A stretch of DNA of 64,000 nucleotides from Pseudomonadota bacterium (GCA_039799905.1 JBDLRP010000021.1:192001-256000), one strand, 5' to 3'; positions 9,971 to 20,792 are shown, counted from the first letter of the stretch. Notes: generated from the sequence alone by a model not told the origin. A program made the numbers and translations.

Positions 9971-10067
9971 TTTTTTTTCCTCTGCTCTTGAGCCGATTTT
10001 GCCAGTCCGTCGAAGACAATGCTATGTAGGGCCGTCAGTTAGAAACATGCTCACAACGGAGGCCCAA

Positions 10068-11105
10068 ATGGCTCTGATTTCCCTGCGCCAGCTTCTCGAT
10101 CACGCAGCTGAAAATACATACGGAATTGCAGCATTCAACGTCAACAATCTCGAGCAGATTCAGGCGATCATGGAAGCCGCAAAAGAGACCAACAGTCCGG
10201 TCATCATCCAAGCCAGCCGCGGTGCACGCTCCTACACCAACGACGTGTTTTTAAGACACCTGATGTTCGCCGCGGTCGAACTGTATCCCGAGATTCCGGT
10301 CTGTGTTCATCAGGACCATGGAAATTCCTTGACCACCTGTCTTTCGGCCATCCGCAACGGCTTTACCAGCGTCATGATGGACGGCTCTCTGATGGAGGAC
10401 GGCAAGTCTCCCGCCAACTACGACTACAACGTTAAGATCACTCGCGATGTTGTCCGCTGTGCACATGCCATGGGCGTGAGCGTCGAAGGCGAGCTGGGAT
10501 GTCTTGGCTCGCTCGAAACAGGCATGGGCGAAAAGGAAGACGGCCATGGCTTCGAAGGCACACTCTCACACGACCAGCTGCTCACCGATCCCGATGAAGC
10601 TGCCCGCTTTGTTGAGGAAACAAAAGTTGACGCACTGGCAATTGCCATCGGTACAAGCCACGGCGCATACAAATTCACCCGTAAACCCGACGGTGGAATT
10701 CTCAACATCGAACGCATCAAAGCCATCCACAAAAAATGCCCCAACACGCACCTTGTGATGCACGGTTCGAGTTCTGTCCCTCAGGATTTGCAGGAAGAAT
10801 TCCGCAAGTTCGGCGGAGAAATGAAGGCGACCTGGGGCGTTCCAGTTTCTGAAATTCAAGAAGGCATCCGCAACGGCGTCCGTAAAATCAACGTCGATAC
10901 CGACAATCGCCTTGCGATGACCGTCGCAATTCGCAAAGTTTTCAAGGAAAATCCCAGCGAATTCGACTTGCGCAAGTACATGGCACCCGCGCGCGCGGCG
11001 ATGCAGAAAATTGTTGCCGAAAGAATGGTCCAATTCGGTCAGGCGGGTCAGGCGAGCAAGATTAAGCCCATGGGCTTGGACGTTATGGCCAAGAAGTATC
11101 TTTGA
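10068..11105 (+). CDS. fba: Class II fructose-bisphosphate aldolase
   Basis: [29 protein letters not shown] and HGSSSVP motifs; GGAGG before ATG 10068. Confidence 0.95.
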   Translation: MALISLRQLLDHAAENTYGIAAFNVNNLEQIQAIMEAAKETNSPVIIQASRGARSYTNDVFLRHLMFAAVELYPEIPVCVHQDHGNSLTTCLSAIRNGFTSVMMDGSLMEDGKSPANYDYNVKITRDVVRCAHAMGVSVEGELGCLGSLETGMGEKEDGHGFEGTLSHDQLLTDPDEAARFVEETKVDALAIAIGTSHGAYKFTRKPDGGILNIERIKAIHKKCPNTHLVMHGSSSVPQDLQEEFRKFGGEMKATWGVPVSEIQEGIRNGVRKINVDTDNRLAMTVAIRKVFKENPSEFDLRKYMAPARAAMQKIVAERMVQFGQAGQASKIKPMGLDVMAKKYL

Positions 11106-11958
11106 GCTCCGGCCTGAGAGAGTTCAGGGTATTTAGCAGAAAATCTACGACATGCGCTGGTCCTGCAACGATATGTTTATCGTTCAGGACGTCGAATACT
11201 TGCCCTTCGTAATTGGTTGTCTTGCCGCCCGCCTCACGGACCAGCAAATCACCCGCGGCCATATCCCACGGCGACAAGCGCGATTCAAAAAATCCATTGA
11301 AGATGCCGCGTGCGGTCAGCGCCAAGTCGAGCGCCGCGGCGCCGTTAATGCGCGTTCCGAGAATCTGATTTTGCAAGGTTTCAATGCAGCGGATGACCCC
11401 ATGCAAACTGCTCCCCTTGTTGGAACTGAAGCCCGTCACAATACTCCAACGGCGCACCTCGCTCCCTGCATTCACATTCATGGGCTGCTCGTTGACGAAG
11501 GCACCCCCACCACGAGAAGCGGTGTAAAGGTCGGCCAATGCCGGCTGATAGATTGCAGCTCTTTCGCAGACAAACTTGCCGCCGTTGATGCGTCCGCAGG
11601 CCACTGAAATACAATGAAAAACGTTGCCCTTTGAAAAATTGGTCGTGCCGTCGATCGGGTCGAGAATCCATACGACGTCTCCCTCACGGGGACCTTCCGA
11701 CGAACCTCCGTTGGACCAGCCGGACTCCTCGCCCAGAACACGGTGTTCCGGAAAAAGCTTACTGATTTCAGCTTTGAGATATGTTTCGGAGGCCAAGTCA
11801 GCCTCGGTGACAAGACCTAAATCGCCTTCTTTCTCATCAATTTTGATCTGCCGGCGAAAGAAGGTCTGAGTCAATTCGCCGGCTGCGCGCGCAAGACTGC
11901 CGATAGTTTCGCGGCTGGGAAGTTGGAGGGGCGATGGGGTGCCGGGCAAGCCTGTCAT
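11083..11958 (-). CDS. suhB: Inositol monophosphatase family protein (SuhB-like)
   Basis: [22 protein letters not shown] and WDMAAG motifs; AGGAG before ATG 11958. Confidence 0.85.
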   Translation of the reverse strand: MTGLPGTPSPLQLPSRETIGSLARAAGELTQTFFRRQIKIDEKEGDLGLVTEADLASETYLKAEISKLFPEHRVLGEESGWSNGGSSEGPREGDVVWILDPIDGTTNFSKGNVFHCISVACGRINGGKFVCERAAIYQPALADLYTASRGGGAFVNEQPMNVNAGSEVRRWSIVTGFSSNKGSSLHGVIRCIETLQNQILGTRINGAAALDLALTARGIFNGFFESRLSPWDMAAGDLLVREAGGKTTNYEGQVFDVLNDKHIVAGPAHVVDFLLNTLNSLRPELKDTSWP

Positions 11959-12061
11959 GTCGTATTTCTCCTGTCTCATGCCTTCAAATAACGCGCCTTT
12001 CCATGATAGGGTCGAGCAGGTCACAAGGTCCAGTGTCCTTGTCCACTTTGAAAGGTCCCTC

Positions 12062-13648
12062 ATGGAAACGTCGACCCTCCTCACAACGGCAACCGTCAGT
12101 GTCATTAGTGCCGTCGTCGGAGCAGTACTCGCCCGCAAGTTTGTCATCAGAACCCAAAGCGCCGTCGCAGGTTTGGGAGAATCAGCAGAGCAAGTTGTTC
12201 GCAACGCAAAACAAAGACGCGACGCCATTCTTGAAGAGGCGCTCAAGGCGGCCCGCGAGGAATTGGCCGCTGAAGCGGAAAGACTCGAAGAAGACCGAGC
12301 AGTCGTCCGCGGATTTCAAGATGAGTTTGAACGCGAGCTCAACCAGCGGCAGAGCAAAATCGACCGCAAGTGGAACGACCTGCAAACTCAGGAAAGTCAA
12401 CTAACGACAAGGTTGCAAAAAAGCCACGAGCGGCCGCCTGAGCTCGATCAGATTCAAGAACAGAAAACGCAGTTAGAAACCTCGTTGGTGGAGTCGTTGA
12501 TTGTAAAAACGAATGCGCGACGCGATGAACTCAGCGCCACGATTCACGACGAAGTTCTCAACGCCGAAAAGCTGGGAATCTCAAAGTGGATGCTCGAAAA
12601 TCAGGAACGCCTCAAAAATGAAGCTCAGCGCGGAGCGCGCGATGTGCTGCTCAACATTTACAACCGCTATAGCCCTCGCTTCATCTGGCCGAAAACGAGT
12701 TTCAACGTCGAGGCCCCCTCAAAAGATGTCGTCGCTCGTCATTTTGCTGAAGGCTCTCCACTGGTGGCACTATTGCTTGAAGGAACCGACACGGCGCTCG
12801 ATGCTGTGATTGATCCTCAGTCCAGCGAACCGCCCACGCTGAAAATTTCCAGCGGCGCGGGAGTCGACAAAGAGATCATCCGTCTCACGCTTGAGGAGAT
12901 GTTTGGACGCAACCAATACAATCCGGATCGCGTCAAACAGATTCTACAAAAGCACCGGCAAAACCTCGACCGGACGACGCTCCGCATGGGGCAGGAGGCG
13001 ATCAAAATCCTTGGGCTCGACAGCATGCATCCGGAAATTCTCAAGCTCATTGGAGCTCTGAACTACCGCACCAGCCACCGACAAAACCAATACTTTCATT
13101 CGCTGGAAGTGGCTCGGCTGGCTGGCATGCTCGCAGACGAGGTCGGGGTCGATCCAAAGCTTGCCAAACGGGCAGGAATTCTTCACGACATCGGCAAAGT
13201 GCTCGACTATAAAATTGAAGGTAGCCACGCAGTGATCAGCGGCGACTACGCCACTCGCTTCGGAGAGGCTGAGAATGTCGTCGATACGGTTCTTTCTCAT
13301 CATGACGACAAAATTGTGGAAACTCCGCACGCATATATTCTCAAGGCGGCCGATGCCATGTCGGGTGCACGCCCCGGAGCGCGTGTCGACATGGAAGAAG
13401 GATTTCAGAAGCGCATTGAGGGCATTGCAGAGGTCATCAACAGCTTCCAAGGTCAGGGCGTGACGGGCTCCGCCATTATGCACGCGGGTCGCGAGGTTCA
13501 CGTTTTTGTTGATAACCGCAGGATCAAAGAAAAAGACATCGATCCGCTCGCACAGAATATTTGCCGCAAACTTGAATCGGACGTTCAGTTTCCCGGACAA
13601 ATCAAAGTTACGGTTGTGCGGCGGATCGAGATTTCGGAAGTGGCCTGA
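12062..13648 (+). CDS. rny: Ribonuclease Y-like HD-domain protein with a degenerate KH domain
   Basis: N-terminal TM, coiled coil, YRTSHRQNQYFHSLEVA, LHDIGK, ADAMSGARPGAR and FPGQIKVTVVR. Confidence 0.8.
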   Translation: METSTLLTTATVSVISAVVGAVLARKFVIRTQSAVAGLGESAEQVVRNAKQRRDAILEEALKAAREELAAEAERLEEDRAVVRGFQDEFERELNQRQSKIDRKWNDLQTQESQLTTRLQKSHERPPELDQIQEQKTQLETSLVESLIVKTNARRDELSATIHDEVLNAEKLGISKWMLENQERLKNEAQRGARDVLLNIYNRYSPRFIWPKTSFNVEAPSKDVVARHFAEGSPLVALLLEGTDTALDAVIDPQSSEPPTLKISSGAGVDKEIIRLTLEEMFGRNQYNPDRVKQILQKHRQNLDRTTLRMGQEAIKILGLDSMHPEILKLIGALNYRTSHRQNQYFHSLEVARLAGMLADEVGVDPKLAKRAGILHDIGKVLDYKIEGSHAVISGDYATRFGEAENVVDTVLSHHDDKIVETPHAYILKAADAMSGARPGARVDMEEGFQKRIEGIAEVINSFQGQGVTGSAIMHAGREVHVFVDNRRIKEKDIDPLAQNICRKLESDVQFPGQIKVTVVRRIEISEVA

Positions 13649-13654
13649 GGCCGA

Positions 13655-14290
13655 TTACAGAGAAATTCCAAAGACAGCGCGCACAGCAGAGTAGCTGTAC
13701 TTCATTTCGCCGTGTTTCTCGTAGGTCATGGCGCCGTTGCCCAAGCTGTACTCAACACCGAGTCGTGTGAGCGGAAATGGAGTGATGAGCGCGCGCAGAG
13801 TGGCACCAACCTCGGACCCCTTACTCGCCTTGCCTGTCTCGGCTGCAGCCAGTCCCTTGGTCACTTCCTTGCTGCCACCCATTGGGAAAACATAGTTCAA
13901 TCCGCCCTGCAGCGTGACAATCGGAATCAAGCCGACATGCACACCGGCCTCGAGTCCGGCGTTGTTGCTCTTGACGATCTCTTTGTTCTTGACGGACGCG
14001 CTGTCGTATTCACGGACAGAAGTGCCGACGTGCAGTTCAGGCCCCGCATAAATGGTGACACCCGGAATCGGACCGAAGACGTCAAAATGCGCTGCCAGTT
14101 TTCCTTGAACACCAACAAGCTCTTTGCTCGAAAGAGTTGAACCTGCATCAGGAGTCTGACTCGTCAGACCGCCGGCAGCAAAGACGCGCACCAGATCCGC
14201 AGAAGCGGATGCAGATGACAACAACTGCACAAGACCCACGGCGCCCAGACCAACAAATTTCAACAGCGGACTCGGACGTGCATTCAACAT
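13655..14290 (-). CDS. Small outer-membrane beta-barrel protein
   Basis: Signal peptide (ASA-D), alternating amphipathic strands, terminal strand AVRAVFGISL. Confidence 0.65.
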   Translation of the reverse strand: MLNARPSPLLKFVGLGAVGLVQLLSSASASADLVRVFAAGGLTSQTPDAGSTLSSKELVGVQGKLAAHFDVFGPIPGVTIYAGPELHVGTSVREYDSASVKNKEIVKSNNAGLEAGVHVGLIPIVTLQGGLNYVFPMGGSKEVTKGLAAAETGKASKGSEVGATLRALITPFPLTRLGVEYSLGNGAMTYEKHGEMKYSYSAVRAVFGISL

Positions 14291-14305
14291 AGACGGTTCT
14301 CCTTA

Positions 14306-15439
14306 TTATTTGAGCCGTATTTCGATCACGAAGCCAGTATTGTTGTTTTTAAACTCAAATTCTGTGGCGCAAGCGTGAGCCAGATCAATCCAAGTGATCA
14401 GACTGATGAGTGCATAAAGCGTGTTGGGCGAATTCGCAGGATCGGGAGCAAGTGCCGCAAGCCCCTTCTCAATCCGATCGTTGACCGATGCAGTCGAGTC
14501 ATTCGCAAGCGCAAGATAATCTTCGGGCATCGAAAATCCATCGACCTCCCAGCGCGCGACAACCCTTCCCTGCACACTTTTGGCCGAAAAAACTACACTT
14601 GAACCGCGTCGCGCAAAATAGGCTGATGCTCGCCAAGGACCAACCAAAAGACGGCGCAAGAGACCTTCCTGCGCGGTCGCGCGCAGAGGAGTCACGATCG
14701 CGGCCTCGATGTTGATCCCCTTGCGGCGCCATGTGGTGTCGAAGGAATCGGCCACCTCACGAAAAACAACAGCGGCATCGAGCTGCTTGGGTGGATTTTT
14801 ACTGACAAGCTTGCTGATCATGCCTTGCGGATCGTTGGCCAGATAAATTTCAAACTCATCAAGACTGTCGACAACCTCGTTCCAACGGCGCTTGAGGAGG
14901 TTAGCCGATTCCGAAACTCCGGCCGACGGTTCCACTGCTGCTCTGTCGGAAAATGGTTTCACATTCTGAAACGACTTCTCGCTCGCATAAGCGCGCACCT
15001 GAGAAACGAATTGCGAGAGAGCCAGTTCGGGGGCAGGGGGTCCGCGGCGCCCTTCGTCGAGATTCAACTGCCCGCGCAGCCACTTTAAAGCCACAGACAT
15101 CGACGGCTCTCCGGAATGCAGCGGAAGCAGGGCAGAGAATTGGCCGCCGACAAAGCGAATCAAAATAAAAAACGCGATGATCGGACCGAGAGCGGTCACC
15201 AATGTTCCTATTATGGCTGGACTGCCCGAGTTCATCAGACGCGCGCCGGCAAAAGCCAAGACTGTACTGACCACGAGTGCGAGGATAATTGCGCGCAGGC
15301 GCATCAATTGCGAGAATATTGAAAGCAAAACATGAACGGCTTTGGGTGCCTGCTCGGGCGCCAAAACAGGCGCGGCGGCCTGTGCTTTCTTTTTACCGGA
15401 CGGTGCGTACCACGGCTCCGGATTATTGTGTTGACTCAT
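14306..15439 (-). CDS. Membrane protein with a degenerate histidine-kinase ATPase-like C-terminal domain
   Basis: Two TMs; the C-terminus follows the HATPase_c pattern but lacks N/G1/G2 box residues; GGGAG before ATG 15439. Confidence 0.6.
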   Translation of the reverse strand: MSQHNNPEPWYAPSGKKKAQAAAPVLAPEQAPKAVHVLLSIFSQLMRLRAIILALVVSTVLAFAGARLMNSGSPAIIGTLVTALGPIIAFFILIRFVGGQFSALLPLHSGEPSMSVALKWLRGQLNLDEGRRGPPAPELALSQFVSQVRAYASEKSFQNVKPFSDRAAVEPSAGVSESANLLKRRWNEVVDSLDEFEIYLANDPQGMISKLVSKNPPKQLDAAVVFREVADSFDTTWRRKGINIEAAIVTPLRATAQEGLLRRLLVGPWRASAYFARRGSSVVFSAKSVQGRVVARWEVDGFSMPEDYLALANDSTASVNDRIEKGLAALAPDPANSPNTLYALISLITWIDLAHACATEFEFKNNNTGFVIEIRLK

Positions 15440-15455
15440 CGGGAACTCCCGAGCG

Positions 15456-17228
15456 TTACGTTTGGGTCGATACAGCCAAATCAATGATGCGCAGTTCCGA
15501 CTTCAAACGCCCTCCCCAACGGGAAAGTCGCCCCTCGACCACAAGATCGACAGCTTCCTTGCTGGCAACAAACTGCTCAATTTCGGAAGCCAAGCCAAAT
15601 GCCGTCAGGGGAGTCGCTTCGTCTTGCGAAAGCCACACCCTTGCATGCTTTGAATCCGGTGCCTGACCGATTCGTTTACTATGCCCCAGCTTGACCCGCC
15701 TTATCAACCACTTCGGACGAGGATTTTCAGCTCCGAACGGCTCCATCGCATCCATCAGGCGGCAGAGTCGGTTTGTGATCAAATCGCAGGGAACTATGCC
15801 GTCCAATTCCAATTTAGGAGACGGCAAGCGACCACCCAGCCCATCGCGCACTGCTGTTTCAAAGGTTTGAGTCAGCCAAGGCAAATCAGCCGGATCGAGG
15901 GTCATACCGACGGCGTAGCCGTGTCCGCCGAAAGAAATGAATTTCTCTCGGTAAGGAGCAAGAGCCGAATAAATATCGTAACCAGGAATACTGCGACCGC
16001 TTCCTTTGATCTTGCCGTCGGCATGGGTGAGGATCAGCGTTGGTTTATGAAGCTTCTCGGCAACCCTCGAAGCGACCAGACCAACCACACCCGCATGCCA
16101 GTTGCCGTCGCACAACACCACTGAATAGTACTCATGAGTCCAGCGCGTGGTTTGCAATAAAGCCTGTTCAACAGCCTTTTTTTCCAACTCCTGCCGTGCA
16201 GCATTTTCGCCATGTAGAAACTCTGCGATTTCCTGCGCGCGCAGGGGATCCTGAGTCATAAGCAGTTCGGCCGATGCCATTGCTGAACCCAAGCGTCCGG
16301 CAGCATTCAGGCGTGGACCGATTTTGAAGCCGACGTCGGTTGCATCGACGATCCCGTTTTCTTCCTTCCAACCGGCCAGCTTGAGCAAAGCGGTCACTCC
16401 GGATCGCTGGCCGTTCAAAACATTTTCATAGATCACCGACAATCCAATGCGACACAAAATATGATTCACACCGTTGAGCGGAGCGACGTCGGCGATCGAA
16501 CCAATCGCAACCAAATCGAGATATTTTTTGAGATTGAGTTTTTCAGCTGCCGCAACTCCCTGCTCACGCAGTTGCGCGCGCAAGGAAATCAATAGGTAGA
16601 AAGCGACACCTACTCCGGCGAGCATCTTGAACGGATATTCGCAACCGGGCTGCTTGGGATTCAGTATGGCAAAAGCATCGGGAAGCACTTCAGGCGGCTC
16701 GTGATGGTCGGTGATGATAACATCGAGACCAAGTTCGCGGGCACGCTCGCACGCTTTCACTGCAGAGATTCCGTTGTCGACGGTGATGATCAATCCGCCA
16801 CCGGATTGAGAGATTTTTTCGAGGCCTACCGGATTCAAGCCGTAACCTTCCGTCAGGCGATCCGGAATATAAACATCAACCTGATACCCAAGCTCTGCAA
16901 ATGCGAGTTTGAGCAACGCGCACGAAGTTGTGCCGTCCACGTCATAGTCACCGAAAATAACAATCCGCTCGTTGCGCGACATCGCCAGCTGAATGCGCGC
17001 AACCGCCTTGCGGATGTCTTTCATAAGTTCCCAGCGCGGCAGATGCGCCAACAATTCCCTGTCGGCAAGAATGCCTTTTTCGCTGATTCCGCGCAGGCGC
17101 ATGAGACGGTCTGAAAAATACGGTTCGTACGATTCGCTCTCTGTCAGTGAATCGTCACGTAGGAACCAACGGTAGCGGGCAGATTCTCCGACAAACGCGG
17201 AGGAGTCATCCATGGAGTGAGTCTGCAT
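15456..17228 (-). CDS. recJ: Single-stranded DNA exonuclease RecJ
   Basis: GDYDVDG, TVDNG, TDHH, IGPRLNAAGRL, GSGRS and GGH motifs. Confidence 0.95.
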   Translation of the reverse strand: MQTHSMDDSSAFVGESARYRWFLRDDSLTESESYEPYFSDRLMRLRGISEKGILADRELLAHLPRWELMKDIRKAVARIQLAMSRNERIVIFGDYDVDGTTSCALLKLAFAELGYQVDVYIPDRLTEGYGLNPVGLEKISQSGGGLIITVDNGISAVKACERARELGLDVIITDHHEPPEVLPDAFAILNPKQPGCEYPFKMLAGVGVAFYLLISLRAQLREQGVAAAEKLNLKKYLDLVAIGSIADVAPLNGVNHILCRIGLSVIYENVLNGQRSGVTALLKLAGWKEENGIVDATDVGFKIGPRLNAAGRLGSAMASAELLMTQDPLRAQEIAEFLHGENAARQELEKKAVEQALLQTTRWTHEYYSVVLCDGNWHAGVVGLVASRVAEKLHKPTLILTHADGKIKGSGRSIPGYDIYSALAPYREKFISFGGHGYAVGMTLDPADLPWLTQTFETAVRDGLGGRLPSPKLELDGIVPCDLITNRLCRLMDAMEPFGAENPRPKWLIRRVKLGHSKRIGQAPDSKHARVWLSQDEATPLTAFGLASEIEQFVASKEAVDLVVEGRLSRWGGRLKSELRIIDLAVSTQT

Positions 17229-17240
17229 GATTTGCTTTGC

Positions 17241-18278
17241 TTAAGACGGACGGCGACGGATCACCACCGGAGGAATTTCATTGGGGTCTTTTTTCTGTTT
17301 AGCCTTCTGCGCCGGATCGGTCGGCCGCCAGCCGGCTTTCTTGAGCACATCATCCATCCAGATGGTGAGCGGCGCTGCAACGTAAATAGATGAATAGGTA
17401 CCGACCAAGATACCGATGAACATTGTCAGCGCGAAGTCTTCAATCGCACCGCCGCCCAAAAAAGTCAGAATCAGCAGTGCACCCAAACCCGTCGCCGAGG
17501 TGAGTACCGTACGGTTCATAGTTTGGCTAATACTCCGGTTGATCACATCGAGCATTGGCATCTTGGGCGAGGTTTCCTGAGTTTCTCGAATGCGGTCGTA
17601 AACGATCACCGTGTCGTTGATGGAATAGCCGACAATCGTCAGGAACGCGGCGATGGATGACGTCGAAAAAGGCTTGTCGAGCGCGGTCATGAAGCCGAGC
17701 GCGATGATAACGTCGTGAATAAGGCAAACCACCGCACCGGGTGAAAAGCGCGCGTCGAAGCGGAGTGCAATATAAGCCAAAATTCCGAGGAACGAGAGAA
17801 TCAGCGCGAAGTAACCCTTGCGTTCTTCCTCTTTACCAATTTTTCCGGAGATATTGGTTTTGGAATCCAACTTGATTTTGTCTGCACCGACAGTTGACTC
17901 GAGTTTTTTGTAAAGCTCGTCAGCCTTCCCGCCGATTTCCTTTTCATCTTGTCCGCGTTCGCGCTGGATGCGCAGAACAAACGAAGCCACTTTGTCTTTG
18001 GCGACGTCCCCAATGCTGGTCACTTCTAGCTTGCCGACGTTGGCCTGCTCGGCGATCTGCAGGATCTTTTCGCGGGTGTAACTTGTGTCTGTCAAAGACA
18101 CATGAATCTCGGAACCACCCAAGAAGTCGATGCTGTAGTTGACTCCCTTGATGCCCACAACGAGCAGCGAGGCGATCACCATGACAAGCGAAATGCCGAT
18201 CGTCACTCCCCGCCACTTCATGAAATCAAATGTGTACTGCGGCGGAAAAATTTCAACGTTACCAAATTTAAGTCTCAT
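17241..18278 (-). CDS. secF: Protein translocase subunit SecF
   Basis: IDFLGG, HDVII, GYSINDTVIVYDRIRE and GTYSSIYVA motifs. Confidence 0.95.
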   Translation of the reverse strand: MRLKFGNVEIFPPQYTFDFMKWRGVTIGISLVMVIASLLVVGIKGVNYSIDFLGGSEIHVSLTDTSYTREKILQIAEQANVGKLEVTSIGDVAKDKVASFVLRIQRERGQDEKEIGGKADELYKKLESTVGADKIKLDSKTNISGKIGKEEERKGYFALILSFLGILAYIALRFDARFSPGAVVCLIHDVIIALGFMTALDKPFSTSSIAAFLTIVGYSINDTVIVYDRIRETQETSPKMPMLDVINRSISQTMNRTVLTSATGLGALLILTFLGGGAIEDFALTMFIGILVGTYSSIYVAAPLTIWMDDVLKKAGWRPTDPAQKAKQKKDPNEIPPVVIRRRPS

Positions 18279-18302
18279 GTCGGAATCCTCACTCAGGCAT
18301 CT

Positions 18303-20123
18303 TCAGCTGAAACGGCGGATGCGGGTTTTTTCAATCAACCACTGACCAATCACTTCGGTCACATAGTATGAAGAAAACAGCGTCGAGATGATTCCCGCCA
18401 ACAGCGTAATGGCAAAGCCCTTGACCGCAGGGTTGCCGTAAATCAGCAACACCAAACCAGCGACAGCCGAGGTCACATGCGCATCGACAAGCGTTTCAAA
18501 ACTCTGGTTGTATCCGCGATAAAAAGCTTGTTTTGAATTGAGTCCGTTGCGCATTTCCTCACGGATGCGCTCGTTGATAATCACGTTGCCATCAACCGCA
18601 ACCGCCATCGTCAGCACGATTCCGGCAATTCCAGGCAGCGTGAGGGTTGCACCAAATGCCGCCAGAAAGGCGAGAATCAACACGGCGTTCAGAAGCATGG
18701 CGATGTTTGCGACCATTCCGGAAACGCCATAAAAATAGAGCATGAAGCCTACAACGAGCACACCGGCAAAAACTGAACTGACAACGCCGGCTTTGATGTT
18801 TTCTTCGCCTTCACTCGGACCGACCTGACGCTCTTCGATGATTTTCACACTGGCCGGAAGCGCACCAGCACGCAAAACAAGCGCGAGATCCTGAGCGTCC
18901 TTGCGTTGCTGCTCCATATCTTGCCCACGGCCAAGGGTGATTTGCGCGCGGCCTCCCAAAATCGGCTCGTTCACAACCGGTGCGCTCGTGATGTTCTCGT
19001 CGAGGATAATAGCAATCTGATGCGGCGCGTTTTGCGGCTCACGCGCCTGCTTGGTCAGGTCACCAAAAACTTTTGTGCCCTGTGGATTGAAGTTCAGGCT
19101 CACAACATACTGCGGAACAAGGCTACTTTGGTCTGCGTTCTCGACAGCACTTTCGATCATGTCTCCCGTTAGGCGTGAGGTTGCCTCAACAAGATAAGGA
19201 ACAGCGTTGACAACTTTCGAAACTCCACCCGAAACCTCGAGTTTGCGGTCGAGCATAACGGTCAGTGAGGATGCGATTTTGCGATTATCCCTAAGCCACT
19301 GAGAGATCTTTTGAATAGTTTCCGGCTTGGTGTCGTCTTTGGGAAGATTGAGTGCCGTGCGAGCCTCAGCCATCGCAGTTTCAAGCTGGTCGGTTCTGAG
19401 CTCAGCCGAAACCAAACGGAAGTCGAGCTGCGCCGTGTTGCCAATCAGCTGTTTTGCGCGGGCCGGATCCTGCAAACCTGGCATCTGAACAACAACGCGG
19501 CGATCGCCCTGACGAAAAATGTTGGGCTCAGCAACGCCGAATTGGTCAATACGGTTGCGGATGGTGTTGATGGCCTGCTGGAGAATTTCCGCACTGTACA
19601 CCTCGACACTGGCTGGCTGCGCGACGAAGCCCACAGTCTTGCCTTCGGTCTTGTCGAACTGAATCAGGATGGTTTGCTCGGAAACAATTTTCTTGAAGGC
19701 GTCGGCTTTTGTAGCGTCCTCCAATTCAACCGTGGTGCGATAGTCATCGGCCACGTTGGCAGAGACAGATTTGATTCCTTCCTTTTCGCCCAAGTCGCGC
19801 GCGCGCGCCACGGCTCTCAAAACAGAGTCCTTGACCGATTTTTCGACGTCCACCTCAAGCACCAGATGCAAACCGCCCTTGAGGTCGAGACCGAGTGAAA
19901 TCCGCTGCGCAGGCAGAACCGATTCGGCAATGCGGTGATACCACTTCACTGGCTTGCCCACGGTTTCCTCGCCGACGGGAGCCTCACGCTGCCACGTCTG
20001 CGGGTCACCCAAAAAAGTCGGAATCGTGAATGCGACTGAAAACAGGAGTGCACAAAGCGTCAAAGAAAACTTGACCCACCACATCAGCGGCAGGCCTGTG
20101 AAAATTCCCTGGCCTTTTTCCAT
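18303..20123 (-). CDS. secD: Protein translocase subunit SecD
   Basis: LGLDLKGG, RIDQFGVAEP, LRAGALPA and AVDGNVIINERIREE motifs. Confidence 0.95.
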   Translation of the reverse strand: MEKGQGIFTGLPLMWWVKFSLTLCALLFSVAFTIPTFLGDPQTWQREAPVGEETVGKPVKWYHRIAESVLPAQRISLGLDLKGGLHLVLEVDVEKSVKDSVLRAVARARDLGEKEGIKSVSANVADDYRTTVELEDATKADAFKKIVSEQTILIQFDKTEGKTVGFVAQPASVEVYSAEILQQAINTIRNRIDQFGVAEPNIFRQGDRRVVVQMPGLQDPARAKQLIGNTAQLDFRLVSAELRTDQLETAMAEARTALNLPKDDTKPETIQKISQWLRDNRKIASSLTVMLDRKLEVSGGVSKVVNAVPYLVEATSRLTGDMIESAVENADQSSLVPQYVVSLNFNPQGTKVFGDLTKQAREPQNAPHQIAIILDENITSAPVVNEPILGGRAQITLGRGQDMEQQRKDAQDLALVLRAGALPASVKIIEERQVGPSEGEENIKAGVVSSVFAGVLVVGFMLYFYGVSGMVANIAMLLNAVLILAFLAAFGATLTLPGIAGIVLTMAVAVDGNVIINERIREEMRNGLNSKQAFYRGYNQSFETLVDAHVTSAVAGLVLLIYGNPAVKGFAITLLAGIISTLFSSYYVTEVIGQWLIEKTRIRRFS

Positions 20124-20228
20124 AGCCCGTAGTTCCTCGGCAGCTGTGAACGTTCAAACGATAATAAATGGCAACAGTAGCAAAGAAGCATTCACTTTGG
20201 CCACCTGCGGAGAAAAAATTACGAATAG

Positions 20229-20275
20229 CAAAACCGCCCTTTGGGTTCAGATTGCTTACCCGAAGAGCGGTTTTG
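20229..20275 (-). terminator. Long hairpin between yajC and secD (terminator or mRNA-stabilising stem)
   Basis: caaaaccgctcttcgggt...acccaaagggcggttttg stem on the minus strand. Confidence 0.55.
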
Positions 20276-20318
20276 AAAGATAGTCACTGAGAGCGCAGTT
20301 GTCGGACTGTCTGCTGAA

Positions 20319-20765
20319 TTATTGTGCAGCTGAAAGGCTTGGCTTGCCCAGTTCTCCGGAGATCGTTGTCTTGAGGACGCGGACGCTCGTGCTGCCGAGG
20401 TCAAGAGTGACAATCGTGTCGGTGATGGTTGTGATGCGGCCAATGAGTCCGCTGGCCGTGACAACTTCCATACCCGTCTTCAGGCTCTCAATAAAATTCT
20501 TGTGCTCTTTTTGGCGCTTTTGCTGCGGACGGATGACAAAAAGGAACATGAACAGAATCATGCCGCCAAAAATAACAAGATTCATCCACGCCGGTGCTGC
20601 ACCCGAAGCTGCAGGCACTCCCGCAGGTGATGCTCCACCCGGAACCGCCACAGGACCGTCTGCGGCAGGAGCCTGAGCAAGTGCAGCCAGAGAATAAGAC
20701 ATCGAGTAAATAGACGCTGAAACTGCAACAGCTGCGCCCTTGAAGAATGTGCCAACGTTCGCCAT
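20319..20765 (-). CDS. yajC: Preprotein translocase subunit YajC with N-terminal extension
   Basis: FLFVIRPQQKRQKEH...LKTGMEVVTASGLIGRI; upstream of secD. Confidence 0.93.
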   Translation of the reverse strand: MANVGTFFKGAAVAVSASIYSMSYSLAALAQAPAADGPVAVPGGASPAGVPAASGAAPAWMNLVIFGGMILFMFLFVIRPQQKRQKEHKNFIESLKTGMEVVTASGLIGRITTITDTIVTLDLGSTSVRVLKTTISGELGKPSLSAAQ

Positions 20766-20792
20766 GACATTTAACTCCGTGTGAATGACCCG

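Noticed and set aside
11939..12246. Long head-to-head overlap of suhB and rny implied by the ORF track
   Set aside because: Better starts at 11958 and 12062 remove the overlap.
20124..20318. Arrest-peptide leader upstream of secD
   Set aside because: No ORF with an RBS, signal sequence or RAPP-like motif in the gap.
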